DNA from: Planctomycetota bacterium
GTDB lineage: Bacteria > Planctomycetota > UBA1135 > UBA2386
Direction of reading: 5' to 3'
DNA: 64,000 nucleotides
NCBI GenBank assembly: GCA_046290465.1
Contig: JBKAGP010000001.1
Coordinates: 3,968,001 to 4,032,000 of the forward strand
Shown: positions 63,290 through 64,000 of the stretch, one piece after another
Layout: each line of letters begins with the position of its first letter
Numbering within the stretch: position 1 is the first letter of the stretch
Notes under the pieces: model-generated
Seen by the model: only the letters and a program-made list of their open reading frames with translations
Databases searched by the model: none
What the model was told of the DNA's origin: nothing
Position numbers and translations under genes: made by a program

Positions 63290-63353
63290 TAACGAGTCCA
63301 TCTTGGTGATGCGGTTGCCTTACCAGCTTCTTAACGCGTCAGCTCCGTCTGAA

Positions 63354-64000
63354 CTACGCGACGGTCCGGATCCCTGGATCGGCGGCGACCTGATCAAGTA
63401 AGCGCCTTCGCAGGGTGACCGAGACCTGGGGGCGAGCCCATGCCGCGTCAACAACACTGCGCCGATGCCGGCGGGCGGCCTGCACCTTGCCGATGGTTGC
63501 CCTCCGTTTGCGCAGAGTGCGTTCGGCGAGGCACTCGGTTGCAAGCGCCCACATTTCCGGGATGTCGTTGCCCCATCTCGCCAGAGCAAGAACCATGAAG
63601 CGCGAGGAGCCCCGTTCCTTGAGCACGGAGTCAAGGACGTCTCGGTGGCCGAGTCGAAGGGCGTAGGTGGCGAGCTTCTCGTGAAGGAGCTGGTAGTCGA
63701 TGGCGAACGTGCGAACCTCGCGACCGGTTGCCGTGTCCACCATGAATGGCAGCCCTCGATCTGAAGTCCTCATGCCTTGCACGAGGCGCTGGATCGCGGT
63801 GAACCTCTTGAATCGAAACTCGAACCGAAGGTTCTTGATCGACCGTGAGGCAAACGTCTGTTGTCCGAGTGCCTTCGCGAGCTTCCCGCGTTGCGGGCGC
63901 TTGTCAGTCCTGTAGACGATGGCATCGTGGTTGCTCCCGTAGAAGGCAACGCCGTCACTTCCGAACACCGTTGCGGCAGCCTGGATCAGTGGCCGAAAGT
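63354..64000 (-). CDS. Partial ORF, possible replication initiator (weak)
   Basis: Frame open to the window edge; FYGS..IVY..NLRFEFRFK is reminiscent of Rep_trans/gene-II-type initiators. Confidence 0.4.
   Translation of the reverse strand, partial: FRPLIQAAATVFGSDGVAFYGSNHDAIVYRTDKRPQRGKLAKALGQQTFASRSIKNLRFEFRFKRFTAIQRLVQGMRTSDRGLPFMVDTATGREVRTFAIDYQLLHEKLATYALRLGHRDVLDSVLKERGSSRFMVLALARWGNDIPEMWALATECLAERTLRKRRATIGKVQAARRHRRSVVDAAWARPQVSVTLRRRLLDQVAADPGIRTVA

Noticed and set aside
56834..63290. Classical integron
   Set aside because: No IntI-specific insertion evident, the palindromes lack attC R-box (RYYYAAC/GTTRRRY) structure, and genes are not co-oriented

Overview
GC-rich bacterial accessory DNA, possibly Planctomycetota judging from the style of the secreted proteins (inference). 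No intact housekeeping genes, rRNA, full tRNA or CRISPR array were found. The window reads as two integrative elements in tandem, separated by a 23-bp tRNA 3'-end copy (att-like, 43787-43809). LEFT element (<1-43809): a Prim-Pol/PriCT-2/P-loop replication gene, a XerC-like recombinase, a ParB-methyltransferase/DUF5681-like operon, a stretch of fused gene fragments (RHS, S8 peptidase, DnaB-like), a complete IS21 with 5-bp target duplication, IS remnants, a secreted nuclease and a beta-helix enzyme. It also has two operons led by Cys-rich secreted peptides, a PadR + atypical phosphoglycosyl-transferase pair, and duplicated element ends. RIGHT element (43810->64000): integrase-xis-wHTH followed by a candidate anti-phage cluster (AlbA_2 protein, KAP NTPase, Zn-ribbon/PD-(D/E)XK nuclease + papain-like peptidase pair, SIR2-NTPase, DUF4062 protein, DUF2441/ART-like protein). 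A XerD-like recombinase with a dif-like upstream site and three copies of a 23-bp palindrome (GCCAGTGACCC-N-GGGTCACTGGC) partition the last 4.5 kb. Best novelty candidates: the palindrome-delimited modules, the nuclease-peptidase pair, and the Cys-rich peptide operons. All product calls are motif recognition by eye; no database searches were run.
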